64,000 nt of DNA from Gemmatimonadaceae bacterium (GCA_045803545.1 JBJMOW010000005.1:1184001-1248000); one strand, 5' to 3'; shown: positions 50,574 through 60,842, counted from the first letter of the stretch. Numbers and translations: made by a program. The notes: generated by a model not told the origin, from the sequence alone.

Positions 50574-52199
50574 TTAGTAATTGGGCTTGAGTGGCGGCGA
50601 CCAGTCTGAGAGCCGCGCATCGCCCGTCAGAGTCAGCTGCCGCAGGCGACCGGTCTGCTTATCGAGAATCCAGATGCTGCGCGGATCACCGATCGCGCCG
50701 AGCCGGCGCGTGATCGCCATGTGGCGCCCGTCGGGAGCCCAGGACGGATCTTCGTTCTCACCGTCGAAGGTGAGCTGCTTCATCGCGCGGTCCTTGAGCG
50801 CAATCGTCCAAACCTGGAAATCGCCCATCTGTTGTTGATACGCGATCTCATCGCCCTTGGGCGACCACTCCGGCCCTGTTCGATAACTGCGCTTTCCGGG
50901 AATCGGCGGCGTCAGCAGCCTGAGTCCGGTGCCGTTGACGTTCATCGTGTACAGCTGCGGCGTCAACGGCACCGGCGACATGAACACTATTTGCTTCCCG
51001 TCGGGGCTGAAGCTCGGCGAAGTAGTCTCCGCACCCTGACGGCCAACATAGGGAACCGCGACGCTGTCGTCGCTGCCAGTGCTCGCCATCACCAGCTCGG
51101 CGGGCGAATCTCCTCCACTGGCCCACACCAGATTCTTGCCGTCCCTTGTGTAGACCGGAGTGATGTTCAATCCACGGCTCGACGCAGCAAGCAGCCGCGG
51201 TCGCATCGTTCTCAGATCGACCACGGCGATGCGTGTGCCGCGATCATCGGCGTCGACGTAGGCGATGTACCTGCCCGACGGATGCCAGGCAGGCGATAAC
51301 GCCGCATTGGCGGTTGGAATGGTGCGCTCGTTGGCACCATCACTATCGATGATCTTGAGCTTCGTGCCGTCGACGAAAGCGATGCGCGTGGCGGAGATTC
51401 CCCGCTCACCCGTGATCCAGCGCTCGATCTCGTCGCTCACGACGTGAATGCCGAGTCGGCGCTCACGGTCGACCGAATCGCGCGCTACTGAGTCGCGCGC
51501 CACGGCTCGCGAATAGAGCGAATCGACGCGCACGGAGTCCTGCGCTGCGCGATGATGGAGGGCGAGGTCGTTGCGGTCGAGGTCCGCGAGCAGTGAATCT
51601 CTTGCTGCGGCGGCGCGGCGCGCGTTCGCGCGATCTCGGGTCGTCTTCATTGGCATTGCGCGTTGTCCTGCGCGCGCAAGGCTATCACGTGTAGCCTGAT
51701 TGGCTGCCAGAGCCTCCTGAGTCGCCAGTGCCTTGTCGCTCAGTGTCTCGGTGAGTGAATCGCGGGTCGCAGCGAGACGATTCGCCGGCATTCTCGGCAG
51801 CCTGAAGTTGCCCTCCTGTTTGAGCAGCCCGCGGGTGGGATCGTAGACCTCGACGTGGAGCCCTGTGCTGATCGGTCTGATGCGGAGGAGGAAGTTCGCG
51901 CGTGTCTGCGCGAGGGGCGCGAAGTTGATCGTTCTGTCGCCCGGCTGCCAGATGTCGGCGAGGGTGGCGCTGTCGAGGATCAGTGGCTGAATTCGATCGC
52001 CGTAGTCGAGATCGCGCTGAATGATGGTGCGGATCGAATCACCTGGCGTGGTGTCGACCTGCAGCACCACCACCGCCGGTGGAACCTCGAGTGGCTTCTG
52101 CGGCTTGGGTCGAGCTGGAGGGCGCGTTCGATTTTGCGCGTGCAACACCGGAGTCGCTGCGAGCAAAGCAGCTGCCCCGACGAGGAATAGTCGATTCAT
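50574..52199 (-). CDS. TolB-like periplasmic beta-propeller protein
   Basis: Signal peptide, TolB-N-like region, PD40 repeats (SPAWHPSG, SPSFSPDG, PEWSPKG, PSWAPDG). Confidence 0.75.
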   Translation of the reverse strand: MNRLFLVGAAALLAATPVLHAQNRTRPPARPKPQKPLEVPPAVVVLQVDTTPGDSIRTIIQRDLDYGDRIQPLILDSATLADIWQPGDRTINFAPLAQTRANFLLRIRPISTGLHVEVYDPTRGLLKQEGNFRLPRMPANRLAATRDSLTETLSDKALATQEALAANQATRDSLARAGQRAMPMKTTRDRANARRAAAARDSLLADLDRNDLALHHRAAQDSVRVDSLYSRAVARDSVARDSVDRERRLGIHVVSDEIERWITGERGISATRIAFVDGTKLKIIDSDGANERTIPTANAALSPAWHPSGRYIAYVDADDRGTRIAVVDLRTMRPRLLAASSRGLNITPVYTRDGKNLVWASGGDSPAELVMASTGSDDSVAVPYVGRQGAETTSPSFSPDGKQIVFMSPVPLTPQLYTMNVNGTGLRLLTPPIPGKRSYRTGPEWSPKGDEIAYQQQMGDFQVWTIALKDRAMKQLTFDGENEDPSWAPDGRHMAITRRLGAIGDPRSIWILDKQTGRLRQLTLTGDARLSDWSPPLKPNY

Positions 52200-52236
52200 G
52201 AATCGTTCAATCTATCGGATCAGCAGTTATACACCG

Positions 52237-52270
52237 AAAAAAAGCCGCGGAGAGAACATCCTCCGCGGCT
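52237..52270 (-). terminator. Rho-independent terminator downstream of the TonB gene
   Basis: A7 then agccgcggag / agaacatc / ctccgcggct. Confidence 0.7.
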
Positions 52271-52293
52271 CGTTTTTCGATCGGGTTACTCGC

Positions 52294-53121
52294 TTAATGC
52301 TGGAGGTGGAACTGGAACGGCATCTGAACGAGCTGCTGTACTTTCTTGCCCCCGATCTGCGCCGCCGAAAATTTCATGCGGGGGAGCGCTTCCTTGACGG
52401 CGGCGCTAAACGCCGGGTTGCTGGAGCTGAGGATCTTGAGAGTGCCCCCTTCGTAGCGGCCGCTCTCATTTACGACGAACTGCGCGATGACTGAGCCTTC
52501 GACGCCGTTGTCCTTGAGCTGCGCCGGATACTCCGGGGCCTCGCCGCCGATTCTTTCGACCGGCTTCTCGACCTGGAACTCCATGTAGGGGCCCGAGTGC
52601 TCTTCCGCCTTCGGGGCGCCCGCTTCCTTGCCCTTGGAGTCTGCGTCACCGGTGCCACCCTTCACTCCGTTGGCGGTCCCGCCAGCGACGCCCTTGCCGC
52701 TGAAGTCGTTCTCGTTGGTCAATGCTTTCGACAGGTCAACCGTCGGGATCTTGGTCGGGACGGTCACCGGGGTCGGTACGACCTGGAAACCCTTCGGCGG
52801 CGCCGGCGCTTCTACTTTCGGCTGCTCGACGACGAGCTTGGGCTTAGGCGGCTCCGGGGTCTTTGGCTTCGGAGTTTCTTTGACCTTGGGCGGAGGAGGT
52901 GGCTCCTTCTTCGGCTGAGGCGGAGGAGGCGGCTCCTTCTTGATATTTACGAAGCGTAGATGCTCGTCCTTTGGCTTCTCAGCCTTCCGCGTGCCCGCGC
53001 GTGCGGTGGCGAAAACGGCGAGGAAAATGATCAGGACGTGCAATATGATACTCGAGAGGGTCCCGCCTGCTGACCTTCCCGCTTTGGTGACTGACTTCTT
53101 GGATTCTAGTAGTCGCATCAT
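52294..53121 (-). CDS. Energy transducer TonB family protein
   Basis: N-terminal TM with S...H, Pro/Lys-rich linker, TonB_C (YP...G.EG.V..QFVV...V.Q.VQMPF.F). Confidence 0.85.
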   Translation of the reverse strand: MMRLLESKKSVTKAGRSAGGTLSSIILHVLIIFLAVFATARAGTRKAEKPKDEHLRFVNIKKEPPPPPQPKKEPPPPPKVKETPKPKTPEPPKPKLVVEQPKVEAPAPPKGFQVVPTPVTVPTKIPTVDLSKALTNENDFSGKGVAGGTANGVKGGTGDADSKGKEAGAPKAEEHSGPYMEFQVEKPVERIGGEAPEYPAQLKDNGVEGSVIAQFVVNESGRYEGGTLKILSSSNPAFSAAVKEALPRMKFSAAQIGGKKVQQLVQMPFQFHLQH

Positions 53122-53157
53122 TGAAGGCTCCCCTGTTAAAAACGCACCTTCTTATAG

Positions 53158-53174
53158 AGCAAACCGCTTGCCAA
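53158..53174 (-). promoter_or_regulatory. Sigma54 (-24/-12) promoter of the TonB gene
   Basis: Minus strand TTGGCAAGCGGTTTGCT = GG-N10-GC, close to consensus, upstream of a GGGGAG RBS. Confidence 0.7.
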
Positions 53175-53432
53175 ACATGCGTAAATTTCGGTCTTCCAAA
53201 ATCACAATTGTTGGCATGATTTCGCGAAGGCTTGAAAAGCGGTGCTAGAGGAGTCTAAGTCAAAGAAAGTCAACGAGCTACCGCTGAGTCCTATACCCCG
53301 CACGGTGAGGAATTTCGGCAGAGCCTTTGTACGAAAACGGCCCATGGGGTTAGGGCCGTGAAACAGACGTTAATTCGGACGGTTTTTCACGCTGAAAGGA
53401 TGGGTTGAAACTGCCCAAAAAACTTCCGTACT

Positions 53433-53882
53433 TTAGCCCTTCCCGGTGCTCGCCTTTTTCTTGGTCAGAATACCACAGACCGAATCCCACGCATTCTTGC
53501 CAGCCGTTCGCGCCTTGGGTTTATCCCAGACCATGTGAGCCTGGTCGCGCGGATCAACTTCGCCTTCGTCGCGCACTAGCACATTGGCCGAAGTGTAGAC
53601 TGTGCTGCGCACGCGCTTGATGCGCACCGGCGAGCAACGCACATACGCTCGTTCCACCAGCCGGGAATACTGCCGCTTGTTCTCGAGCACGCGCGGCCGC
53701 GAATAATCCCAGCTCGTCACCGTCGTCCAGGTACCCGCAGACTGCTGCGCGACGCTCGCGGTGTCGAAGATCACCGTCACGTCCGAATCCTTATAAACCT
53801 GGCGCCAGGGCGCTTGTGCAAATGCGAGCGACGGAACCGCAAAGAACGCAAAGAGTCCCAACCGAACCGTAAAACGGTGCAT
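53433..53882 (-). CDS. Secreted protein (surface-adhesin E-like fold, tentative)
   Basis: AAGGAG RBS; signal peptide AFA-Q; W..V.......D..S pattern and two Cys. Confidence 0.6.
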   Translation of the reverse strand: MHRFTVRLGLFAFFAVPSLAFAQAPWRQVYKDSDVTVIFDTASVAQQSAGTWTTVTSWDYSRPRVLENKRQYSRLVERAYVRCSPVRIKRVRSTVYTSANVLVRDEGEVDPRDQAHMVWDKPKARTAGKNAWDSVCGILTKKKASTGKG

Positions 53883-54004
53883 GAAAATCTCCTTACTGCC
53901 GTATGTCACAATGAAGTGGTGTAATCGCTCCAACAGCGGACGGAACGATGTTACGGGTTTGGATTATATACACCTAACGTCCTGGGTCGCTACGCCCTTA
54001 CCGA

Positions 54005-56572
54005 ATGAACGGCAAGCTATCACGCGTGATTGGACCTGCGGCTATGGGAACCGCAGTCGCAGCCGCATTTTATCTCCTCGCGCGTGATTTAAAGTCTTAT
54101 CACTATCGCGACTTAATGCGGCAGGTGTGGACGCTACCACACCAACATTTGCTGCTCGCGGTGCTGCTAACCGCCGTCGCGTACGCTGTTCTCCCCGGCT
54201 ACGATGCGATTGCACTTTCATACGTCGATCATCGGCTACCGGTCAGACGAATTGCATTCGGATCGTTCATCGCCTACGCGCTGAGTCACAGTCTCGGCTT
54301 TCCGCTGCTCAGTGGCGGTCCGGTCCGTTATCGGTTTTGGAGCGCGTGGGGACTTTCGACGTCAGAGATTGCGCAGGCGATCAGTTTCGCGGGCGCAACG
54401 TTCATCATCGGCATGATCGCTGTCGCGGGCATAGTCTTCCTGCTCGAGCCGACATCAACTATCCAGCTGCTGCGGCTTCCTCTAGCGTCGCTGAAACCCG
54501 TTGGCGCGATCTGTCTCCTCCTCGTCGCTGCCTATCTGGTCCTTGCGGCGACCCGCAAAAATTCTTTGCGTTTTTTCGAGTGGGAATTTCCCGTCCCGTC
54601 GATTCGACTCGCGCTGGCCCAACTTGGAGTCGCGATCGTGGATTGGACCGCCGCCGGTGCCGTACTCTACGTGCTGCTGCCCCCGGGTTACCGCCTGTCG
54701 TTACTGCCGGTACTCGGCGTCTTTCTGCTCGCGCAATTCATCGGAATTCTTAGCCACGTTCCGGGCGGGCTCGGTGTGTTCGAAGCGATCGTGGTGCTGC
54801 TGTTGAAACCCTACGTGCCTGCGGCGTCGATTGTCGGCTCGCTGCTCGCCTACCGCGCGCTGTATTACCTGTTTCCGCTCGTCATCGCGCTCGCCCTGCT
54901 CATAGCCATCGAGGCTCGTCGTAAGCGCGATCGCGTCGCCGAAATGGCAACTATTGCCGGTGAGTTTGTCGGCCGCTGGCTGCCCGCACTACTACCGCAA
55001 TTGCTTAGCATTGCGACCTTCGTCGCCGGTGTAATTCTTATCGTTTCCGGCGCGACTCCCGCCATTCGCAGCCGAGTAACCGCTCTCGATTCGGTACTGC
55101 CTCTGGGGATCATCGAGCTCTCCCACTTCGCCGCCAGTCTCGCCGGTGCCGCTCTGGTAGTGCTCGCCTGGGCCATCAAACGCAGACTCGACGCTGCTTA
55201 CACCCTCACCATCGCCACGCTCGGCATCGGCATCGTGGCATCGCTGCTCAAGGGACTGGACTGGGAGGAAGCTTTCGCGTTAACGCTGGTGTTGCTCGCG
55301 GTTCTGCCATCGCGTCGCGCTTTCTATCGCAAAGCTGCGATCACCAGCGAGCCGTTCACCAACGGCTGGATTGCTGCCGTCGTCGTCGTTGGCGTGGTCA
55401 CAACCTGGCTTGCGTTCTTCTCCTATCGCAACGTCGACTTCACCAGTCCCGTGTGGTGGGAATTCAGTGGTCGCGGCGATGCGCCACGATCACTGCGTGC
55501 GATGATCGGCGTGCTCGGCGTGCTTATGTTGTTTGCGCTATCGCGAAAGCTACGTCACGCCTCGCCCGATCCGGATCTGCCTTCGGCGCGCGAGCTCGAT
55601 CTCGCGGCACGTATCGCCGCCGAGTCATCGGAGACAATCGCAAACCTCGCCCTGCTCGGCGACAAGTCGCTTCTCTTCAGTGACAGCGGTCGCAGTATGA
55701 TCATGTATGCGGTCGAGGGTCGCAGCTGGGTCGCACTCGGCGATCCGCTCGGCCTCGACGGCGAGCGGGGTGAGCTGGCATGGCGGTTCCGCGAAAGTGT
55801 CGACCATCACGGCGGCTGGCCGGTATTCTACGAAGTGAGTGCTCGTCACTTGCCGATCTACATCGATCTCGGCCTCACTCTGTTCAAGCTGGGTGAGGAA
55901 GCGATCATTCCGCTTTGGGACTTCTCGCTCGATGGCGGCAATCGCAAGGCGCTGCGCAGGACTCGCAAGGAGGCAGTGAAGGCAGGGGCGACCTTCGACA
56001 TGATTCCCGCCGATGAGACCCGGACCTTCCTTCCCGATCTCAAGCGGATCTCAAACGAGTGGCTCTCGAGCAAGCACACCAAAGAGAAGGGATTCTCGCT
56101 CGGCCGATTCGACGACCGCTATGTCAACTGCTTTCCGATCGCGCTGATTCGCGTTGGCGATGCCGTCGTCGCGTTTGCGAACGTGTGGCTCGGCGCCGAC
56201 AAGAATGAGATCTCTATCGATTTGATGCGGTACACCGCCGTCGCGCCGCCCGGCGTGATGGAGTTTCTGCTGATCGAGCTGATGCTCTGGGGCAAGGAGA
56301 ACGGCTACAATCGATTCAATCTTGGGATGGCGCCCCTCTCTGGAATCGAGAATCGCAGCCTCGCTCCGCTCTGGAATCGCGTCGGCGCGTTGTTGTTCAG
56401 TCGCGGCGAGCCCTTCTACAACTTTCAGGGGCTCCGACTGTACAAAGAGAAGTTCGATCCGATGTGGGAGCCCAGATATCTGGCATCTCCGGGTGGCCTC
56501 GTTCTGCCAAGAATTCTTACCAATGTCGCGTCGCTGATCTCGGGCGGGCTGGCCGGGGTCATAACGAAATGA
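54005..56572 (+). CDS. mprF: Bifunctional aminoacyl-phosphatidylglycerol synthase/flippase
   Basis: TM flippase (PGGLGVFE) plus synthase domain (KLGEEA, EKGFSLG, DLMR, LGMAPL, YNFQGL..YKEKF.P.WEP). Confidence 0.95.
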   Translation: MNGKLSRVIGPAAMGTAVAAAFYLLARDLKSYHYRDLMRQVWTLPHQHLLLAVLLTAVAYAVLPGYDAIALSYVDHRLPVRRIAFGSFIAYALSHSLGFPLLSGGPVRYRFWSAWGLSTSEIAQAISFAGATFIIGMIAVAGIVFLLEPTSTIQLLRLPLASLKPVGAICLLLVAAYLVLAATRKNSLRFFEWEFPVPSIRLALAQLGVAIVDWTAAGAVLYVLLPPGYRLSLLPVLGVFLLAQFIGILSHVPGGLGVFEAIVVLLLKPYVPAASIVGSLLAYRALYYLFPLVIALALLIAIEARRKRDRVAEMATIAGEFVGRWLPALLPQLLSIATFVAGVILIVSGATPAIRSRVTALDSVLPLGIIELSHFAASLAGAALVVLAWAIKRRLDAAYTLTIATLGIGIVASLLKGLDWEEAFALTLVLLAVLPSRRAFYRKAAITSEPFTNGWIAAVVVVGVVTTWLAFFSYRNVDFTSPVWWEFSGRGDAPRSLRAMIGVLGVLMLFALSRKLRHASPDPDLPSARELDLAARIAAESSETIANLALLGDKSLLFSDSGRSMIMYAVEGRSWVALGDPLGLDGERGELAWRFRESVDHHGGWPVFYEVSARHLPIYIDLGLTLFKLGEEAIIPLWDFSLDGGNRKALRRTRKEAVKAGATFDMIPADETRTFLPDLKRISNEWLSSKHTKEKGFSLGRFDDRYVNCFPIALIRVGDAVVAFANVWLGADKNEISIDLMRYTAVAPPGVMEFLLIELMLWGKENGYNRFNLGMAPLSGIENRSLAPLWNRVGALLFSRGEPFYNFQGLRLYKEKFDPMWEPRYLASPGGLVLPRILTNVASLISGGLAGVITK

Positions 56573-57354
56573 AGTCAATGCGGTTCTTTCCGAACTTCAG
56601 ACCAGGCATCAGCCTGGTGTTGCTGGCGACGTTGGCGACGCTTTCCTGCGCGCGCGCGCATTCGAGCTATCGTCCTCGCGATCCCGAGCTTCAGCGCGAG
56701 CCGCTGTACTTCTATCCCGCTCATGGAGAGCTGAAACCGAAAGCAGGAGTGTTCTTCCTTGGCAATGACCTCGGGTTCTGGGGACCACACCAGAAGCTCG
56801 CGCAGCGGCTGGCGGACGATGGTTACGCCGTTGTCGGCTTCGATATAAAAGCTTTCCTGGAGCGCTATCCGGACTCCGCGCCATTGCGGGACAGCATTCT
56901 CGTCCACGATATGCCGCCACTCATGAAGAGAGCGCTCCACGAGCTCGGCGCCGACTCTCGCCCAATCGTGCTCGCCGGCCATTCCTTTGGGGCTGATCTC
57001 GCTTTCTGGACGGAAGCCAATGCGAGAATACCCGGTGTCATCGGAATACTCGCGCTCGGCCCGACAAAGAGAGATCACCCGACGGTCACCATACGCGATC
57101 AGATCAATGCGGGGGAGCCCAGCGAGCCGGGAAGCTTCGCAGTCGCGGATCAAATCCGTAATACGCCTCCCGGCGTCCGCATCGCTCTCATGCGCGGCGC
57201 CAGTGATAAAGAGCGCAAATCGGACCGCGATTTCATCGCCGCCGGCGGCGCGAGAATGAGTTACACCATAATTCCGTTCGCCTCGCACTCGCTCAAATCA
57301 CTGATCATCGTCGGTCCGATGATCGAGCACGCGCTCGGCGATCTGATCGACTAG
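56569..57354 (+). CDS. AcvB/VirJ-like alpha/beta hydrolase
   Basis: GHSFGAD nucleophile, GND.G.W and G..VVG.D; ATGA overlap with mprF; lipobox-like LSC. Confidence 0.75.
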   Translation: MKSMRFFPNFRPGISLVLLATLATLSCARAHSSYRPRDPELQREPLYFYPAHGELKPKAGVFFLGNDLGFWGPHQKLAQRLADDGYAVVGFDIKAFLERYPDSAPLRDSILVHDMPPLMKRALHELGADSRPIVLAGHSFGADLAFWTEANARIPGVIGILALGPTKRDHPTVTIRDQINAGEPSEPGSFAVADQIRNTPPGVRIALMRGASDKERKSDRDFIAAGGARMSYTIIPFASHSLKSLIIVGPMIEHALGDLID

Positions 57355-58610
57355 CGGTCGACGCGAATGTCTCGTCGTCGCGTGGCGTCAGCGAGGACGA
57401 CGGCGTCGGCCTCCGCCGAGATCTCGCGCATCTCGCTCGCATTCATGGTGCGGATTACTGTAAGAATTGCAGCCAGAAGTGGAACCGCGACCAGCAGGCC
57501 TAGGAAGCCAAACAGGAGCGACATGAGCGCCTGGATGCCGAGCGTCATCGCCGGAGGGAGATTCACGCCGTGCTTCATCAGGATCGGCACCAGCAGATGA
57601 TTCTCGAGGAACTGGATGACGAAGTAGCCGATTGCAACCAGCAGGGCTTTATGTGGCGAATCGATAAAGGCCATGGCCATGGCCGGTATAACGGCGAAGA
57701 TGCTGCCGACGATTGGAATGAATTTCAGAATTCCCGCCAGAATACCGAGCGGTAGCGCCGCCCTCACCCGAATCGCAAAGAGGAACAGCGTCGTCACTGC
57801 GCCGATAACCGTCATCGCAATGAGCTGAGTGACAAGCCAGCGCCGCAGCACATTCGCCAGACGGGTCAACGCAAGCGCCGCTCGATCGCGCTCGCGCGCC
57901 GGTACCAGCTCGAGCAAACCGCCGTGGTACAGCGCGGGATCGACGCCGATATAAGCCGCGATGAACAGCACGAGCAGGAAGGCTCCAGAAATGGCGACGG
58001 TTGATGTCAACACTCGCAGAAAAGAGTGCTGCGCACCCTTGAACTGTTTCGCGATCTCGCGACGGAGGTTGCCGCCGGCGGCGACATCATCCGCCCGTGT
58101 ATGGCTCACGACGGCGGTGGCGGTGGCAACACTGTCGGTCGCTTGAGTCTGCGACGTAGCCACGACTTTGGTGGATTCGGCGACCGGCTTCTGCGCTGTC
58201 GTCCGCAGGCTGTCAGCCGGACTCTCTTCGTTGAACAGGATGCCGAGCGCGCCGTTGGCGCGGTGACCGAGCCATGCATCGATCTTGTCCATCGCCTCGG
58301 GCAGCTGTTGCTGCAGCTGCTTCGATTGGGTGCGGAGGATGGGCGCCATCCAGACGCCGCCCGCCGTGAGCAGGCCGAGAAATGCGGTAAGAATTATGGC
58401 GACGCCGAGGCCGCGCGGAACGCGGCGTTTCTGTAGCCAGTCGGCGCCCTGCGCGAGGGGCAACCCGAATAGAACCCCGAGGAAAAACAGAAAGACGATC
58501 GGGTGCGCGATCCAGAGCAGCCGGACGAGGATATAAAAGCCGAAAATGATCGCCAGCACGCGTACGAGGTCGCGTGTCGGTGGCAGACGGAGCGGTTCTC
58601 GGATCTCCAT
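57351..58610 (-). CDS. AI-2E family transporter
   Basis: FIPIVG, Q.LE.H.L.P and G.LG...AVPL motifs. Confidence 0.85.
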   Translation of the reverse strand: MEIREPLRLPPTRDLVRVLAIIFGFYILVRLLWIAHPIVFLFFLGVLFGLPLAQGADWLQKRRVPRGLGVAIILTAFLGLLTAGGVWMAPILRTQSKQLQQQLPEAMDKIDAWLGHRANGALGILFNEESPADSLRTTAQKPVAESTKVVATSQTQATDSVATATAVVSHTRADDVAAGGNLRREIAKQFKGAQHSFLRVLTSTVAISGAFLLVLFIAAYIGVDPALYHGGLLELVPARERDRAALALTRLANVLRRWLVTQLIAMTVIGAVTTLFLFAIRVRAALPLGILAGILKFIPIVGSIFAVIPAMAMAFIDSPHKALLVAIGYFVIQFLENHLLVPILMKHGVNLPPAMTLGIQALMSLLFGFLGLLVAVPLLAAILTVIRTMNASEMREISAEADAVVLADATRRRDIRVDR

Positions 58611-58707
58611 GTTTACTATGGGTAGCCAGAGCCGTGCCGGAGGCAACAATGACTTGCGCCCCGTGTTTCGCGCGGTCTTCTTTCTCTCACCACGGCAAGA
58701 GGCAGGA

Positions 58708-59784
58708 ATGGCTGCAACACCTGATGGACCGATCGCGATCTATTACGAGCATCCGGACTGGTTTCGTCCGCTGTTCGCCGAGCTGGATAAACGCGGAATC
58801 GCATACGAGCGCGTCGACGCGGCCGCGCATTCCTACGACCCGGGAGAGACCGACTCCCCGTACTCCCTGGTTTTCAATCGAGCCAGCCCGTCGGCGTACT
58901 TGCGTGGGCACGGCCAGGTCACGTTCCATACCCAGAGTTGGCTACGCCATTTAGAGCGGATCGGTGTTCCGGTCGTGAACGGTGCGACCGCTTACGAGAT
59001 GGAAACTTCAAAGGCGTTGCAGCTCGATATTCTTAGCGAGCTCGGCTTGCCCTATCCGCGCGCGCGTGTAATCAACGACCCAGCTTTGGCTCCGCAAGCG
59101 GCCGAAGGACTGCGCTTCCCGGTCATCGTGAAGTCCAACATCGGTGGCAGCGGTGCCGGAATCACACGCTTCGATAGCGCCGCCTCTCTGCGCGAGGCCG
59201 TCACCGGCGGGACGATTGACCTCGGCATCGATCGCGTGGCGCTGGTGCAGGAGTTGGCCCCGCTCCGGGACGCTCACATCACGAGGGTGGAAGTTCTGAA
59301 CGGGAAATTCCTATACGCTATCAACGTCTATCCGGCCGATAATTCTTTCAATCTCTGCCCGGCAGACATCTGCCAGACGACCGGCGGTGTCGAGCTGTCG
59401 CGCGCAGCGTGCGCTGTCGACGCGCAAAAGAACGGCATGCGCGTCGAGCAGGCAAATCCGCCACGGGAAATTATTCGTCAGGTCGAGCGCATTGCATCGC
59501 GCGTCGATCTCGACGTCGGCGGCATCGAGTATCTGATCGACGACCGCGACGGGAAGCACTACTTCTACGATATCAACGCGCTCTCGAACTTCGTCGCCGA
59601 TGGACCGAACGTGGTCGGCTTCGATCCGTTCGCAAGGCTGGTGGGTTATCTCGAGGAGCGTGCGGGAAGCGGGAGGAGAGAGGCGGGAAGCGGTCGCGGA
59701 GAACAAGCGCGTGCATCCTCCGCGCCCAGGACCAAGGTCGCCGAGGCTCCCACCTCGCGCCTCCCGCTCCCCGCGTCCCGCTAA
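58708..59784 (+). CDS. ATP-grasp (RimK/glutathione synthetase-like) protein
   Basis: NRASPS, SKALQ, P.IVK.N.GGSGAG, VQE, GIEY and YDINALSNF motifs. Confidence 0.85.
   Translation: MAATPDGPIAIYYEHPDWFRPLFAELDKRGIAYERVDAAAHSYDPGETDSPYSLVFNRASPSAYLRGHGQVTFHTQSWLRHLERIGVPVVNGATAYEMETSKALQLDILSELGLPYPRARVINDPALAPQAAEGLRFPVIVKSNIGGSGAGITRFDSAASLREAVTGGTIDLGIDRVALVQELAPLRDAHITRVEVLNGKFLYAINVYPADNSFNLCPADICQTTGGVELSRAACAVDAQKNGMRVEQANPPREIIRQVERIASRVDLDVGGIEYLIDDRDGKHYFYDINALSNFVADGPNVVGFDPFARLVGYLEERAGSGRREAGSGRGEQARASSAPRTKVAEAPTSRLPLPASR
59662..59782. repeat. Heptamer-based palindromic element inside the ATP-grasp 3' end
   Basis: gcgggaagcgggaggagagaggcgggaag pairs with ctcccacctcgcgcctcccgctccccgc. 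Confidence 0.65.
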
Positions 59785-60842
59785 TGCGATACGGTTATTG
59801 GCTCCCAGTATTCGGCGGCTGGCTGCGCAACGTTCCCGACGAGGGAATGAGCGCGTCGTGGAATTACGTGAAGCATCTCGCGCAGCGGAGCGAGAAAATC
59901 GGCTTCGACATCACGCTGATCGCCGAGCTGTTCATGAACGACATCAAGGGAATCGACGCTGATTCTCTCGAGGCGTGGTCAACGGCGGCGGCTCTGGCAG
60001 CCGTGACCGAGACGCTGGAGTTGATGGTGGCGGTGCGTCCGACGTTTCATGAGCCCGCGATTTTCGCCAAGCAAGCGGCCAATATCGATCACATCTCTGG
60101 CGGCCGACTGGCACTGAACGTGGTCTCGTCCTGGTGGAAGGACGAGGCGCGTCGCTACGGAATCCATTTCGAGGAACACGACGACCGCTATGCGCGGACC
60201 GACGAATGGCTGCGCGTAGTCAACGGAGTCTGGAAGGAGTCGCGATTCAGCCACAAGGGATCGCACTACAAAGTCGAGGAAACGATTCTCGAGCCGAAGC
60301 CTGTGAGGCGCCCGCGGCCAACTATCTACGCTGGTGGCGAGAGCCCGGCAGCCAAGGAGCTCATCTCGCGCGACTGCGACGCTTACGTGATGCACGGCGA
60401 TCCGCCTGAACGAGTCGCGCCGAAAATCGCTGACATGAGCGCTCGCCGGGAGACGCTGGGTCTGGGGCCGATGGAGTACGGCGTCGCCGCCTACGCGATC
60501 GTACGGGAGACCGAAGCCGAAGCCCGCGCCGAGCTGGAGCGAATCACCAACGTCAAGCCAGGCTCACCGGGCTATCAGAATTACCAGGATTTCATTTCGC
60601 ACACCGCACTCGATCAGAAGGTGAGTCTCGAGGACTACTCGGTTTCTAATCGCGGTCTGCGCGCCGGCCTCGTCGGAACTCCAGAGCAGGTCGCCGAGCG
60701 AATCCGCGCGCTCGAAGCGGTAGGAGTGGATCTGCTGCTGCTCCAGTTCAGCCCGCAGTTCGAGGAGATGGAGCGTTTTGCGGAGACCGTTATGCCGATG
60801 GTCGAGCGTACTACGAGAGCAGTTCCCTCTGCCGCGACTTGA
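59784..60842 (+). CDS. LLM-class flavin-dependent monooxygenase (SsuD/SfnG-like)
   Basis: YWLP, AVRP, DHISGGRLALNVV, HDDRY, YAGGES and LVGTPEQVAE; TAATG coupling to the ATP-grasp gene. Confidence 0.85.
   Translation: MRYGYWLPVFGGWLRNVPDEGMSASWNYVKHLAQRSEKIGFDITLIAELFMNDIKGIDADSLEAWSTAAALAAVTETLELMVAVRPTFHEPAIFAKQAANIDHISGGRLALNVVSSWWKDEARRYGIHFEEHDDRYARTDEWLRVVNGVWKESRFSHKGSHYKVEETILEPKPVRRPRPTIYAGGESPAAKELISRDCDAYVMHGDPPERVAPKIADMSARRETLGLGPMEYGVAAYAIVRETEAEARAELERITNVKPGSPGYQNYQDFISHTALDQKVSLEDYSVSNRGLRAGLVGTPEQVAERIRALEAVGVDLLLLQFSPQFEEMERFAETVMPMVERTTRAVPSAAT

Noticed and set aside
54005..57354. mprF-acvB pair as a novel system
   Set aside because: Known aminoacyl-phosphatidylglycerol synthase/hydrolase arrangement.
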